A DNA stretch of 64,000 bases from Bdellovibrionales bacterium (GTDB lineage Bacteria > Bdellovibrionota > Bdellovibrionia > Bdellovibrionales > JAGQZY01), in NCBI GenBank assembly GCA_031426555.1, contig JANPLN010000002.1, positions 74,712-138,711 of the forward strand, given 5' to 3'. The notes under the pieces were generated by a model, which did no database searches, was not told the origin of the DNA, and was given only the letters and a program-made list of their open reading frames with translations. Shown one piece after another: positions 51,291 to 61,569 of the stretch. The stretch's first letter is position 1, and each line of letters opens with the position of its first letter. The position numbers and the translations under genes were made by a program.

Positions 51291-52233
51291 AGCAGGTGAC
51301 TCTGTTGCGACCGGAATTTTTTGAGGCGTAGAGGGCGGAGTCTGATTTCGAAAACAACTCATCAAACGTGCTCATCTCGGGCTCCATTTCGGAAATTCCA
51401 ATGGATATAGTCACGGGGATCTTTTTGCTATCAAAAACAAATTCATGCTTTTCGATGGTTGCACGAATACGCTCGCCGATCTCTTCGCCAATTTTAATGT
51501 TGGTTGCCATAAGAACGATAACAAACTCTTCTCCACCAAAACGTGCAAAATAGTCATCTCCGCGAATGAGCTTGGACTGGATGACTGTGGCCAGTTCCTT
51601 CAACACATAGTCTCCAGCCTGGTGGCTGTAGCCGTCGTTGATTTTTTTAAAATGATCTAAATCAAAGACCAAAAGACTCAACGGCACTCCAAGTAATTTA
51701 GCTCTTTTAACAAGCTCTGGCCCTTTTACGCTGAGGGCCCCTTTGTTCCAAATTGTTGTCAGAGCATCCTTCTCGCTTTTTTGCTGAAGATTTTGCGCGG
51801 CAACAGCTTCAAGACTGCCTTGTGCTAGATATTTAAAAAGAACGTTGCCTACTTTAATTTGGTCATTGTTTTCGAGTTTTTTAGGTACGAAAGGTGGAAC
51901 AGCGGTTCCGTTTACAATTGTTTTGTTAGTAGAATCTAAATCGATGATAGAGACTTCGCCGAATGAATGTGTGAGCTTTGCATGGGATTTACTCACGCTG
52001 CGATCATCGATAAAAACGTTTGCGCCCATTGAGCGACCGATAATGATATCATCGCCATCAATGCTCCAGTGGCGTCCTACATATCCTGCAGGGCCCATCA
52101 ACAAAACCATGGACGGTGGCATTTTAGACATCTGTTGCAAACGGCGGTCAAACGTGAGCGTTTGAACGATGCTTGTTTTTTCTTCGGTCACCGTGCTGTT
52201 GTCGTCAAAGTCTTTTTTCTTGGCAGAAGACAT
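51286..52233 (-). CDS. dgcB: FHA-GGDEF diguanylate cyclase, DgcB-like
   Basis: N-terminal tail EKTSIV, FHA (IIGR...SVSKSHA...STNKT), DLDHFKKIND, RGDD I-site, GGEEF. Confidence 0.85.
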   Translation of the reverse strand: MSSAKKKDFDDNSTVTEEKTSIVQTLTFDRRLQQMSKMPPSMVLLMGPAGYVGRHWSIDGDDIIIGRSMGANVFIDDRSVSKSHAKLTHSFGEVSIIDLDSTNKTIVNGTAVPPFVPKKLENNDQIKVGNVLFKYLAQGSLEAVAAQNLQQKSEKDALTTIWNKGALSVKGPELVKRAKLLGVPLSLLVFDLDHFKKINDGYSHQAGDYVLKELATVIQSKLIRGDDYFARFGGEEFVIVLMATNIKIGEEIGERIRATIEKHEFVFDSKKIPVTISIGISEMEPEMSTFDELFSKSDSALYASKNSGRNRVTCL

Positions 52234-52277
52234 TCTGCTCTCCCTCGAAAGTCCTTATAAGATATTACGGTCTCTTT

Positions 52278-53528
52278 TTAAGAAAACTTGAGAGAATTCG
52301 ATAAAATAAGTCGAGTCAGAACCTTGCCGCGTTCAACGCCGGGCTGATTAAAGGGATCCAATTTATTCATCAGGCCCAAAGTCGCAACTGTGAGTTGGAA
52401 GGTCATGAGCAGGTAACCCACGCTTTCTTCGTCCAGCTTTTCTGTCTGCAGCGTGAGCGTGGCAACACCCGCTTCGTTGAGAGCCTGCTGGATGGCCGAA
52501 GCCTCCGCGGAGAGCAACTGCCCTAAGTTTTTACCTAGCAGCTGATCTTCCTTGAGAAGAAGAACCTGCTCATTCAAGACTGGCCCAAAATTCTCCGACT
52601 CTTTGACCCTTAAGAAACACGCCATTTTCTGCTGCGTCCCCTCTGAGATCTGCTGCAACACAGAATGCTGATCTGTGGCCCCTCGACAGGCGTAGGGCAC
52701 ACTCATCGCCGGCGCGGGTAACAAATCCTTGGTTACTTTTTTCCCAAGAGATTCAGCCCACAACTGCTGCAACCATTGACCCCAAAACTTGAGATCATCG
52801 CAGTACGAAAGAAAATACGTTGTCGTTTCCCCACGGGATAGGCTGCATGCAAATTGACTGATGGTTTGGCACAACTCTTCTTTTTGCTGTACAGCTAATT
52901 CCGCACCCTTCAGCATCTGCGCAACATTCATTCCCAAAAGATGAAATAAAAACGTACCCACCGGGGTCAGAACAGAAAATCTCCCTCCCACACTTAAGGG
53001 TACTTCGAGCTGTGGCACATTGAACTTCTGGGCCCAGTCGCGAAGCGGACTGCTTTTAAATTCGGTCACTACCACCGACTTTTGGTGCAAATGAAGTTGA
53101 TGTTTTTCCCATAAAAACTGTTCTAAAAAATCGGCTTGCGCCAGGGTCTCGACTGTACCACCACTTTTCGAAACCAACACCCACAACGTTCGCGAAACGT
53201 TTTTGAGTCCATGAATTTTACGAAAAAAACTTTTTGCATCCACATTGTCAAAAAAGACCACTTTTTTACTCTCGAGATCCTGCGGAGCTAGGGCCTCGAT
53301 GACCGCTTGGGCTCCCAGCGAACTTCCGCCAATGCCCAAAACGCAGTAGGTATCAAAATCTTTTCGCATTTGCTGCGCTAATTTTTCGGCCTCGAAGTGA
53401 CCTTTTTTAAGAATTTCAATGTCAAAAAAACCACTTCGTTTTTCGGCAAACAAGCGTTGGAGATGATCGTGGGCTTGCGCCAGGGTCGAAGAATCCATGG
53501 TATGAGAGGCGTGTTGAATTTTCCACAT
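52278..53528 (-). CDS. pgi: Glucose-6-phosphate isomerase
   Basis: GIGGSSLG, SKSGGTVET, GGRFSV, QLWAESLGK, DPFNQPGVE. Confidence 0.93.
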   Translation of the reverse strand: MWKIQHASHTMDSSTLAQAHDHLQRLFAEKRSGFFDIEILKKGHFEAEKLAQQMRKDFDTYCVLGIGGSSLGAQAVIEALAPQDLESKKVVFFDNVDAKSFFRKIHGLKNVSRTLWVLVSKSGGTVETLAQADFLEQFLWEKHQLHLHQKSVVVTEFKSSPLRDWAQKFNVPQLEVPLSVGGRFSVLTPVGTFLFHLLGMNVAQMLKGAELAVQQKEELCQTISQFACSLSRGETTTYFLSYCDDLKFWGQWLQQLWAESLGKKVTKDLLPAPAMSVPYACRGATDQHSVLQQISEGTQQKMACFLRVKESENFGPVLNEQVLLLKEDQLLGKNLGQLLSAEASAIQQALNEAGVATLTLQTEKLDEESVGYLLMTFQLTVATLGLMNKLDPFNQPGVERGKVLTRLILSNSLKFS

Positions 53529-53557
53529 GCACAAAAGCTTATCAAGAACTCTAGCAG

Positions 53558-54631
53558 CTATGCAACCACTACGTCTTCTTCGACCTTGTGGTATCCCTTC
53601 CACTCTTTCAAGCGGCAAGAGGGGCGACCGGTCTCGTAGTCAATAAACACGTAGGTCAGCTTGGTAATCTTCCCAAGGGATTTGATGTCGAGAGAGGTAA
53701 TGTCGGTCCACGTGCCCGTATTAAAATACTCTTTTCCACCCTCCCACTGTCGATATTCATAAACATGGGTGTGGCCGAACACCACAGTGTTCACAGCCTC
53801 GTGCTTCAAAATTTTATGGGCCGAATCGCTGAGATCTGGAAAAATCGCGCTCTCAAGGAGAGTTTGTATGATTCGCTTCACAGGAAAGTGCTTTGTGGGA
53901 TGGGAGGTGAGCATCGACTTAATAAAAAAGCCAATAAGCTTTACAACTGTGGTTATTGTAAACCACGTCTCATTGATTAAAGCCCAACGAATCAGCTTGT
54001 TAAACGGTCGCACCTTATCGATGTGTGGATGCTTTTGCTTAATCTTCATCACAAATTCGATAAAAAAGTGCGAGCCAAAAGGAAGATTCATAATTGGCTC
54101 GGGAAGATCTTTTTTAAGAAAAAACTTTTTAGGATCTAAACGGTTTGCGGCCTCGTGCATATGTCCATGTTCGATGTGAATCCCGTCAAAGTTGTAAGCG
54201 ATGTTTTTAAACTTTACCGAGGTTGCAACGCACTCATTAAAATAGGCACGCAACTGCGGCCATAGCATGGCTTGGTCGTGATTTCCTACGATGTAGGTAA
54301 TGGATCGATGCGGAACGGATGCAAATTCCTTAAGCGCGCGGAATACTTTTTCTTGCCCTTTGATAATGCCCTTTAATTTTTCGAGAGCCACGCCCTCGGT
54401 TATCACGGTTAAAAAATGACCATGGTAATCAACTTGTAAGAAATTTAAAAAGTCGCCGTTGATGATGAGCTCGACTTCATAATCACGAAATTTGCCCGAG
54501 GAATAAAAATCAATAAATTCTACGAGCTTGTCTTCGAAGTAAAACTCTTCCAGGGCATTGATCATCCCTGAGGCGGTCTTTCGGCCTTTTCCCAGATGCA
54601 AATCGCTTATTATTAATTTAATTTTTTTCAT
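53558..54631 (-). CDS. Calcineurin-like metallophosphoesterase
   Basis: SDLHLG, NGDFL, GNHD, EHGH, FGHTH. Confidence 0.9.
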   Translation of the reverse strand: MKKIKLIISDLHLGKGRKTASGMINALEEFYFEDKLVEFIDFYSSGKFRDYEVELIINGDFLNFLQVDYHGHFLTVITEGVALEKLKGIIKGQEKVFRALKEFASVPHRSITYIVGNHDQAMLWPQLRAYFNECVATSVKFKNIAYNFDGIHIEHGHMHEAANRLDPKKFFLKKDLPEPIMNLPFGSHFFIEFVMKIKQKHPHIDKVRPFNKLIRWALINETWFTITTVVKLIGFFIKSMLTSHPTKHFPVKRIIQTLLESAIFPDLSDSAHKILKHEAVNTVVFGHTHVYEYRQWEGGKEYFNTGTWTDITSLDIKSLGKITKLTYVFIDYETGRPSCRLKEWKGYHKVEEDVVVA

Positions 54632-54636
54632 AGAGG

Positions 54637-55662
54637 TTATTCAGCTTTTTTGAGAATCTCGAAATCGACTCCAAAATCACCCTCTAGGCGAGTTAAAGCA
54701 ATACGCAATGCGCGCACAACGGCTCGCACGGTCTGCTGCTGCTGCTGCAGCTTCTCGTAATGCTCTTTGTTTTTCTCGCGATAAACTTCCATCTCCTGAT
54801 CGAGTTTGTCGATCTTTCGCCGAAGCTCGATAATCGTTTTGTCTTTGGTTTTCAGGAGAGTGGCTTCCTCAGCCTTTACCAGCTCGAGGCGATACTCTAA
54901 ATCCCGTTCGCGTTTACGGATTTGTTTAAAGTTAGCTTCTACTTTTGATTTCAAATCAGAATTGGTCTGTTTGAGCTCGTGGATTTGTTTATCCTTATCC
55001 TGTAACGTATCTTTAAGGATACGGTTTTCTTGCGTTGCCGTTTCGCGGGAATCCACTAAGCCCGATTTGAGTCGTTCCATCTGCTCGTAATACTCTTCGC
55101 TGAGGGCCTTAAAAGTATCTGCCACAGACATGATCTCATCGTTCTCGCGACGAAGCTCTTCCACTTCGTCTTCCAGATCGTTGATTTTTTCCTGTGCGAG
55201 CCGCAAATGCTCCATGTGGTTAAGCATTCCGCCCGCTGGCTCCTCTGAGGGAGAATCAAGTTTGTAAACATCACCGTAACTGATTTTTTCTTTATCGCGA
55301 TTTTCTCGGCCAGCAGTTATTTCGACATGCGTTGATTCTTCATTTCCGCGCTGAACGATACGCGTCGACTTCATTGGTTTTACTTGCGAAATAACCGCGG
55401 TTCCCTCGTCGAAGGCAAAAGGAACGGGCGCATTGGCGACGGAGGCGATATCAAAATTCAATGTCTTATTTCCAGCCGCCTTTTCGGGCGTATTTTCATT
55501 CGACTTTGTGCGGCCAGATATCTCTGTTTTATCGTCGCCGCTTTCATCGCTGGCGAAGGGGATTTCTTGCTCCATAGGGTCACCATTTAAGGGAATAGTG
55601 GTCTGCTCCCTTTTTTTGAGACCTTCGAGCTTCTTCATGAGTTTTGATTTTTGGCCCTTCAT
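54637..55662 (-). CDS. Hypothetical protein: disordered N-terminus + long coiled coil
   Basis: Heptad-rich C-terminal half. Confidence 0.8.
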   Translation of the reverse strand: MKGQKSKLMKKLEGLKKREQTTIPLNGDPMEQEIPFASDESGDDKTEISGRTKSNENTPEKAAGNKTLNFDIASVANAPVPFAFDEGTAVISQVKPMKSTRIVQRGNEESTHVEITAGRENRDKEKISYGDVYKLDSPSEEPAGGMLNHMEHLRLAQEKINDLEDEVEELRRENDEIMSVADTFKALSEEYYEQMERLKSGLVDSRETATQENRILKDTLQDKDKQIHELKQTNSDLKSKVEANFKQIRKRERDLEYRLELVKAEEATLLKTKDKTIIELRRKIDKLDQEMEVYREKNKEHYEKLQQQQQTVRAVVRALRIALTRLEGDFGVDFEILKKAE

Positions 55663-55671
55663 CAGCTCTAA

Positions 55672-55699
55672 ATATCGGAATTAACTTCCATTCTATTTA
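55672..55699 (-). promoter_or_regulatory. Candidate sigma28 promoter
   Basis: TAAAT-N15-TCCGATAT about 10 nt before ATG 55662. Confidence 0.55.
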
Positions 55700-55725
55700 G
55701 CAAAACTGATCATCTCTGCAAAAAC

Positions 55726-56637
55726 CTAGGCGAACGTCACAGTCTGCAAAAACTTTTTACGCCGCTCCTCAAGCTCCTTCGGTGTGACCTCTATAAGACG
55801 ACCTAGACCAAATTTTTCCACTGTAAAGCTGGCCATCACCGTTCCCTCGACCACCGCCGTTTTGAGCGTGTTGAAATCGAAGCGATTTTGTTGGCAGAGG
55901 TAGCCAAAGCAAGCCCCGGCAAAGGAATCACCGGCCCCCGTGGGATCAAAAACTCTGGGCACAGGGAACGCTGGCAGAATTCCTAGACCATCGGCGGTGC
56001 GAACCAAAGAGCCATACTCCCCGCGTTTAATAAACACGCCTTTGAGTCCCATTTTGAGTAATTCTTCGGAGGCAGCGATGGCATTGGTGGTTTTGGTCAA
56101 AAGTTTTGCTTCGCCCTCGTTGATAAAAATAAGATGAATTCGCGAAATCAATTGCTTAAGCACGTCAATTTTTGAAGTGATCCAAAAGTTCATGGTGTCT
56201 GCCGCGATCAGCTGCGGATTTTTAATTTGATCCAAAACCTGTAACTGCAATACCGGATCGATGTTTGCTAAAAACACATGGGAGCTATTTTTGTAGTCGC
56301 CGGGAAGTTCTGGGTTAAAGTGCTCAAAAACATTCAATTCTGTTTTTAAGGTTTGCGCCTCACTGAGGTCGCCTTCATATTTACCCTTCCAGTGAAAGGT
56401 TTTTCCGTCGTTCACTTTTTGGATACCTTGAACATCAATATTCTTTCGGCTTTTTAAAACTTGCAGATCACTGTCGGTGTAATCACCGCCGACAACGCCA
56501 ACCACTCGTACGTTGGTGTAGTGGTGCGCAGCGATAGAGAAAAAATTGGCTGAGCCGCCAAGGCTTTTTTCAACGGTACCTTCGGGGCTTGAGATAGAAT
56601 CGTATGCTAAACTTCCAACAACTAAAATTTCACTCAT
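55726..56637 (-). CDS. PfkB family carbohydrate/nucleoside kinase
   Basis: LGGSA, NEGEA, DPTGAGDSFAG. Confidence 0.9.
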   Translation of the reverse strand: MSEILVVGSLAYDSISSPEGTVEKSLGGSANFFSIAAHHYTNVRVVGVVGGDYTDSDLQVLKSRKNIDVQGIQKVNDGKTFHWKGKYEGDLSEAQTLKTELNVFEHFNPELPGDYKNSSHVFLANIDPVLQLQVLDQIKNPQLIAADTMNFWITSKIDVLKQLISRIHLIFINEGEAKLLTKTTNAIAASEELLKMGLKGVFIKRGEYGSLVRTADGLGILPAFPVPRVFDPTGAGDSFAGACFGYLCQQNRFDFNTLKTAVVEGTVMASFTVEKFGLGRLIEVTPKELEERRKKFLQTVTFA

Positions 56638-56693
56638 GGGGTCTCCCGTCGCATTGTCTAGCCGAGGCTTTTCGCCGTCGCCCTTCGGCTCGG

Positions 56694-57761
56694 CTACCCC
56701 AGAACTCCGGTTGCGACATCTTGGAACTGGGGCTTTTCTTTATACAAAGAAGTTAATTGCCCGCAAGCCGCGAAAATGTCACGCCCCATTGTTCGACGAA
56801 TCGTGGTATGAATATTTCTATCCAACAAATATTTTTGAAAGTCGTAGGCCACTTGCGACGCTGGGCGCGTAAAGCCCGAATCAGGGTGCTCATTAAATGG
56901 AATCAAATTCATTTTGCAGGGAACATTTTTAATCAACTGATAAACTTCACGTGCATGCTCAATGCGATCATTGACGCCCTTGAGCAATACATATTCAAAG
57001 GTCACTCGATCGCGAGCTTCCTGCGTGTGTTCTACGCAGGCCTTCATCAGTTGTGCGAGGGGATATTTTTTATTAATTGGCATGATCACATCGCGAATGG
57101 CATCATTGGGTGCGTTTAAACTCACCGCCATACGCACTCCCGATTTTGTCACTAGGGGCATCTGCGGTACGAGGCCCGATGTGGACACAGTGATTTTTTT
57201 GCGCGAAAAATTAATGCCCCGGGGATCATGTAAAATTTCGATGGCCTTAAACACGTTGTCTGTATTGTCGAGGGGTTCGCCCATGCCCATAAAAACAATA
57301 TTTGTAATTCGCACGGGGGCCACAAGTTTGGCTGCTACTTGTAAAAATTGTCCAACAATTTGTTGAACACTGAGGCGCTTTTTAAGTTTTTGTTTGCCGG
57401 TAAAACAAAACTGGCAGGCCATGTTGCAGCCAACTTCCGAAGATACACACAAGGTATTGCGGTCATCCGCCGGAATCAAAACGGCTTCCACATTGAGCCC
57501 ATCGCCCACATCAAATAAAAACTTCTGCGTCCCATCTTGGCTGATTCGATGTTCAACGATGGCTGGTAGATCGAAGGAAAAAATATTGGGAACTTCGGCG
57601 CGAAAGTCTTTGGCCAAATTGCTCATTTGCGCGGGATCAAAAACCCGGCGTTCGTAAGCCCATTTAAAGATCTGTTGGGCACGATATTTCTCTTTGCCTT
57701 GGCCCTGAAGGACTTGCTCGAGATCGTGGAGATTGCAGTTAAAGAAATTGGTCTTTTCCAT
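56694..57761 (-). CDS. rlmN: 23S rRNA A2503 methyltransferase RlmN
   Basis: CNMACQFC, MGMGEP, AACGQL. Confidence 0.96.
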   Translation of the reverse strand: MEKTNFFNCNLHDLEQVLQGQGKEKYRAQQIFKWAYERRVFDPAQMSNLAKDFRAEVPNIFSFDLPAIVEHRISQDGTQKFLFDVGDGLNVEAVLIPADDRNTLCVSSEVGCNMACQFCFTGKQKLKKRLSVQQIVGQFLQVAAKLVAPVRITNIVFMGMGEPLDNTDNVFKAIEILHDPRGINFSRKKITVSTSGLVPQMPLVTKSGVRMAVSLNAPNDAIRDVIMPINKKYPLAQLMKACVEHTQEARDRVTFEYVLLKGVNDRIEHAREVYQLIKNVPCKMNLIPFNEHPDSGFTRPASQVAYDFQKYLLDRNIHTTIRRTMGRDIFAACGQLTSLYKEKPQFQDVATGVLG

Positions 57762-57877
57762 TGGGACTTGGGTATAACACAGCTCGCCATCAAATCAAAG
57801 GCGAAGTGCCTGATTTTTGGGAGCTAAGATGCGTTTTACAGGGTTTCGCGGAGCATGAGGTGGGGATCTAACCAGTG

Positions 57878-58633
57878 TTATCGAATCGGCAAATTGCAAT
57901 CTCGCCTAAGCATTGCCCTAGTGGATCCTGAAGTAATCAGTATCATGGATTTTCGAGCGGCTTCGATCGCATCTTCAGTTTCATCGGTCGCACAGTTCAG
58001 ACAAAAATTAGCGATATTGCACATGGCTGTATACGTGACACCGAACGCGCCATCATAACTTATATCGCAAGCCAGAATGCTTCCTGTGTCGGATGCTTTC
58101 GAGACCTCATATTCTCCCGATTCTTCGTTTTTTTTGCAGTAATTGTGAGAAAAACCAGATTCATTTACTCCACCGTGTCTAGCTTCATGTAAAAGCACCG
58201 CAAACATCATCGTCTTACTGATCTTCTCTGCCATCGAAGTGAAAACCATATAATCCGGGGGCAGCCACATGCGATCAACCTGGCCGTACGCCTTTGGATT
58301 TTCATCAGCATTATAACCGATCTCACTTATTCTGTAGCTAATCCACTGTAAGAGGCTCAAACCAGTCAGGCTATCTCCAAAGTGTGCCTTATAGAGTTTG
58401 GAAGACTCGCTCAGCTCAATATCTTTTGCCCTTCCAATCATTGTTTGAAACTTATTTCGAAAGGTTGTCGGTGTTGTGTGATTTAAGAGGAAAGAAAAAT
58501 CGCACCAGCTCAACCAACAGTTGCTACTAAGAGTTAATGGAGAATTCACACCTTCCGCGTAGCCTAAATCCGCATGAGACTGACATGTCAAAAATATTGA
58601 CATCAATGCCGTAATTAGACTCAATCTCAACAA
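57878..58633 (-). CDS. Secreted hypothetical protein with an HEXXH motif
   Basis: Signal peptide, LLHEARHGG...FSHNYC, several Cys. Confidence 0.65.
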   Translation of the reverse strand: MLRLSLITALMSIFLTCQSHADLGYAEGVNSPLTLSSNCWLSWCDFSFLLNHTTPTTFRNKFQTMIGRAKDIELSESSKLYKAHFGDSLTGLSLLQWISYRISEIGYNADENPKAYGQVDRMWLPPDYMVFTSMAEKISKTMMFAVLLHEARHGGVNESGFSHNYCKKNEESGEYEVSKASDTGSILACDISYDGAFGVTYTAMCNIANFCLNCATDETEDAIEAARKSMILITSGSTRAMLRRDCNLPIR

Positions 58634-59182
58634 AGTCGGCTCCTAGTTTTGCGTTCAATGTCGCATGAGAATTAACTGCAACACCAGTGCCTGATGCCGA
58701 TCGCCCGAGTTGAATCATATTAAAATGATACCAAGAGGGGTGTCTATAAATGAACAGAAAGGAAGGTTTGCAAGGCGCCAACTAGCTATTAAAGCGCCCA
58801 AGAAGAAACCAGACTCAGCTTGAAATAACTCCGGCCACGAAGATATCGCCCGCCTATAAAAGAGTGCCATTATCTAGCACTGGCCCATCGCATTTTTTTT
58901 CAACCGGACATAAAAAAAGTTGACGGGTTTTGGGAGCTTTTAAATGGGCTGTGTTTGAATTTTATTTCTGCTCTGTCTACCCTTGCACGCTTTGAAAGTT
59001 CCGGGAACTTAGGCTGACTATAAGCGTTACGCTGTCGATAATATGTGTTTTCAAAAGCTGACGTCTTTAACAAAAAACCACAAAATCGTGGAAATAAAAA
59101 CACGTGATATTTAGCTGGAAAGCATTTCTGCAAAAAATGCGAAAATCGACTACCGCTACGGTAGTGAACTGAAAGGGCACAA

Positions 59183-60235
59183 ATGAATTTACATAATCTC
59201 TCCAACGAAATTTTAGAGGCGCGCTTAAAAAGACTCGTCAAAACCGAGCGCAAGATCACTCATCTTGTTCTTCAGTGTATTGCCGAGATCGACCGTAGAA
59301 GGGTTTACTTACAAAAAGCCTATTCCAGTTTGTTTGAATTTTTAGTGCAAAACCATGGCTATAGCCCCAGTGCGGCCATGCGCCGGATTGATGGCGCGCG
59401 ATTGCTGCAGCAGATTCCCGAAGTGGCCGAAAAACTGGAAGACGGTTCGGTCGACTTAAGTCAGGTCGCTTTACTGCAACGGGCCGATCGCGAACTCAAG
59501 CGCGAAATGGGGGCTACGATACCTGTGGAAATGAAACGCGAGTTACTTGCAAAAATCGAAAACCAAACACAGTTAAAAACCGAGCAAATGATTTCACAAG
59601 CTCTAAATTTTGAGCTCTCACCTAAAAATAAGACCACCCACCACAAAGACGAATCGGTCACCCTCACTGTCACTTTGACTCGGGAACAAATGCAGATTTT
59701 GGAACAAGTCCAGGCAGCATCATCCCACGCGGTGCCCGAAAAAAACTGGGCGAGCTTGGTGACCTATTTAGCTAAGAAAGAACTGTCGCGTCGGGCAGCG
59801 AAAAGCAAAAGTAAGTCATCTATCAATGTTGATCCAAATCTGCTTAGACCAGAAACAAGCTCTAAAGCTATTTCACAGATGGAATCCACGGACAATAACT
59901 CGGCTGCAGTTTTCCAACAAAAGACAGCTACGTTCATGCTGCCCTATTTATCAAAAACCGGTACCGCTACGGTAGTAAACTCACCGGCCAGAAAAGCGCA
60001 GCGCAAACCCATTTCTCAACCTCTCAAAAAGCGACTGCTCAGCAATAACCAACACTGCGCATTTCGCGATCCTCAAACAGGGAAAACTTGCGGTAGCACG
60101 TATTTTTTGCAAGTGGATCATATCCAAAGCGTGATTCGTGGCGGCAGCAACGATCCGGATAATCTTCAAATTCTTTGCGGGCAGCACAATCGCTATAAAT
60201 TTACCCAGGAGTTGAAGAGTTTAAAATTTAAGTAA
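59183..60235 (+). CDS. HNH endonuclease with a DUF222-like N-terminal domain
   Basis: ER...IAEIDRRR...YSSLFEF...SAAMRRI; C-terminal CxxC-type Cys, LQVDHI...GGSNDPDNLQILCGQHN. Confidence 0.85.
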   Translation: MNLHNLSNEILEARLKRLVKTERKITHLVLQCIAEIDRRRVYLQKAYSSLFEFLVQNHGYSPSAAMRRIDGARLLQQIPEVAEKLEDGSVDLSQVALLQRADRELKREMGATIPVEMKRELLAKIENQTQLKTEQMISQALNFELSPKNKTTHHKDESVTLTVTLTREQMQILEQVQAASSHAVPEKNWASLVTYLAKKELSRRAAKSKSKSSINVDPNLLRPETSSKAISQMESTDNNSAAVFQQKTATFMLPYLSKTGTATVVNSPARKAQRKPISQPLKKRLLSNNQHCAFRDPQTGKTCGSTYFLQVDHIQSVIRGGSNDPDNLQILCGQHNRYKFTQELKSLKFK

Positions 60236-60311
60236 GATCGTATACGATAGATTAATTATCTGCAGTCATTTGTGGCGTTGTTAGCAGTCCAGATAAATCG
60301 TCGCGACAAAA

Positions 60312-60635
60312 TCAAATTTTGCGGTTGGAAAAAAGTGCGACCATAAAGATTCCAAATGTTGAGCCTAAAATGCAACACACGAGCCCGAACGATAAACCGA
60401 GAAGCCAAAAGCCAAATTCGTCATTTATGAAAAATATGAAAATCAAAAGGAGCGGAATTGGCGCAAGAACCGAAATCACGGACGAACTCGCACTCTTTTT
60501 TAAGAAATGAAAAAGCAATCCACTGGTCAGACAGGCAAGAGTGCCTGTTATTATTAGAAACAGTCCCATTGAAGAAACCTCACTGACACTTTCTTGTGGC
60601 ATCAAAAAAATGGCGGCTTTAAGAACAACCGCCAT
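60312..60635 (-). CDS. Small membrane protein (about 3 TM)
   Basis: Hydrophobic 107-aa ORF. Confidence 0.5.
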   Translation of the reverse strand: MAVVLKAAIFLMPQESVSEVSSMGLFLIITGTLACLTSGLLFHFLKKSASSSVISVLAPIPLLLIFIFFINDEFGFWLLGLSFGLVCCILGSTFGIFMVALFSNRKI

Positions 60636-60651
60636 TACTGGTTCTATTTAA

Positions 60652-60975
60652 TTACATTCGCTCTGACGGAACGATGTAAGTTTGAAAAGAATTATCCTTA
60701 AAAACTTCGCCTTTAAGACAAACTTGTTCCCCATCTACGAGGGTATCGATAATCATTGTCGCCTTTTCGATTTTGTTAAAATCTTCGCCCGATGCGACGA
60801 TTTCATAGGTTTCGAAAGCAGGAAGCATATCGCCAGCTGGAACTTCAAGCAAATAAACCATCACTGTAGCCATACCACTAGACGATTCGATTCTTACGGT
60901 TCCGCAAACCGGTTCATTCGCACTCGCAAACACGTTAAATGAAGCCAAAAACACAATTAGTGACATTAATTTCAT
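60652..60975 (-). CDS. Small secreted protein
   Basis: Signal peptide, two Cys, GGAGG RBS. Confidence 0.7.
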   Translation of the reverse strand: MKLMSLIVFLASFNVFASANEPVCGTVRIESSSGMATVMVYLLEVPAGDMLPAFETYEIVASGEDFNKIEKATMIIDTLVDGEQVCLKGEVFKDNSFQTYIVPSERM

Positions 60976-61189
60976 ACACCCTCCAAGGTTGCCTCTGAGG
61001 TACAGCTAAAAAAAATCTTAATCAATACGAGACCGGCGAAGTGCTAAAATTTGTAAAGTTTGTAGGCACTCTGACAAACCCTTTACCTAGCTGCGCCAAG
61101 TCGAATGATCACATCTTAAAGCAATCCTGCGACGCAACCGACGAGTTACCTTTCACTACCGCTATGGCAATGAACGCAAATTTAGTGGA

Positions 61190-61483
61190 TTAATCGCAAT
61201 CGCCGCTGCAACCACTCCAAAATGTAACTTCCCCAGTACAGGAAACAAACAATTGCGTTCCTTCGTAGCCACCGGGCCAAGTTAAGAAATAATACGTGGA
61301 TGAATATTCGTTATTCTTTTTGTCGAACGTGAGCGACGCAATGAGATCATCCATCACGTAGCCTTCTAGCTCATCATTCGTCTGAAGACTGGCGTTTTGT
61401 TTTGCCTCTTCAAGATTGATACAAGTGTTGGCTGCAAAAGCGGTTGTGGAAAAAAAGAAAATAGAAATTAAAAGTAGTTTCAT
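61190..61483 (-). CDS. Small secreted Cys-containing protein
   Basis: MKLLLISIFFFSTTAFA, GGAGG RBS, ends GCSGDCD. Confidence 0.7.
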   Translation of the reverse strand: MKLLLISIFFFSTTAFAANTCINLEEAKQNASLQTNDELEGYVMDDLIASLTFDKKNNEYSSTYYFLTWPGGYEGTQLFVSCTGEVTFWSGCSGDCD

Positions 61484-61569
61484 AGGTCCCTCCCAGGCAC
61501 GGACGTTAGTTATATGAAGGGGCAAGGGTAGTAAAGTTAAGAAATGTTTGTGACGCAACGGTTGCGAAC

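Noticed and set aside
56659..56696. Hairpin TAGCCGAG...CTCGGCTA sharing CCGAGGCTTTT with the long-palindrome loop
   Set aside because: Only an 11-nt match; more simply an intergenic stem-loop at the rlmN stop.
58527..59259. Minus-strand ORFs of 84 and 119 aa near the HNH gene
   Set aside because: They overlap better-supported genes and show no coding features.
61041..61193. 50-aa plus-strand ORF (GTG start)
   Set aside because: No RBS or recognisable motif; cannot be supported.
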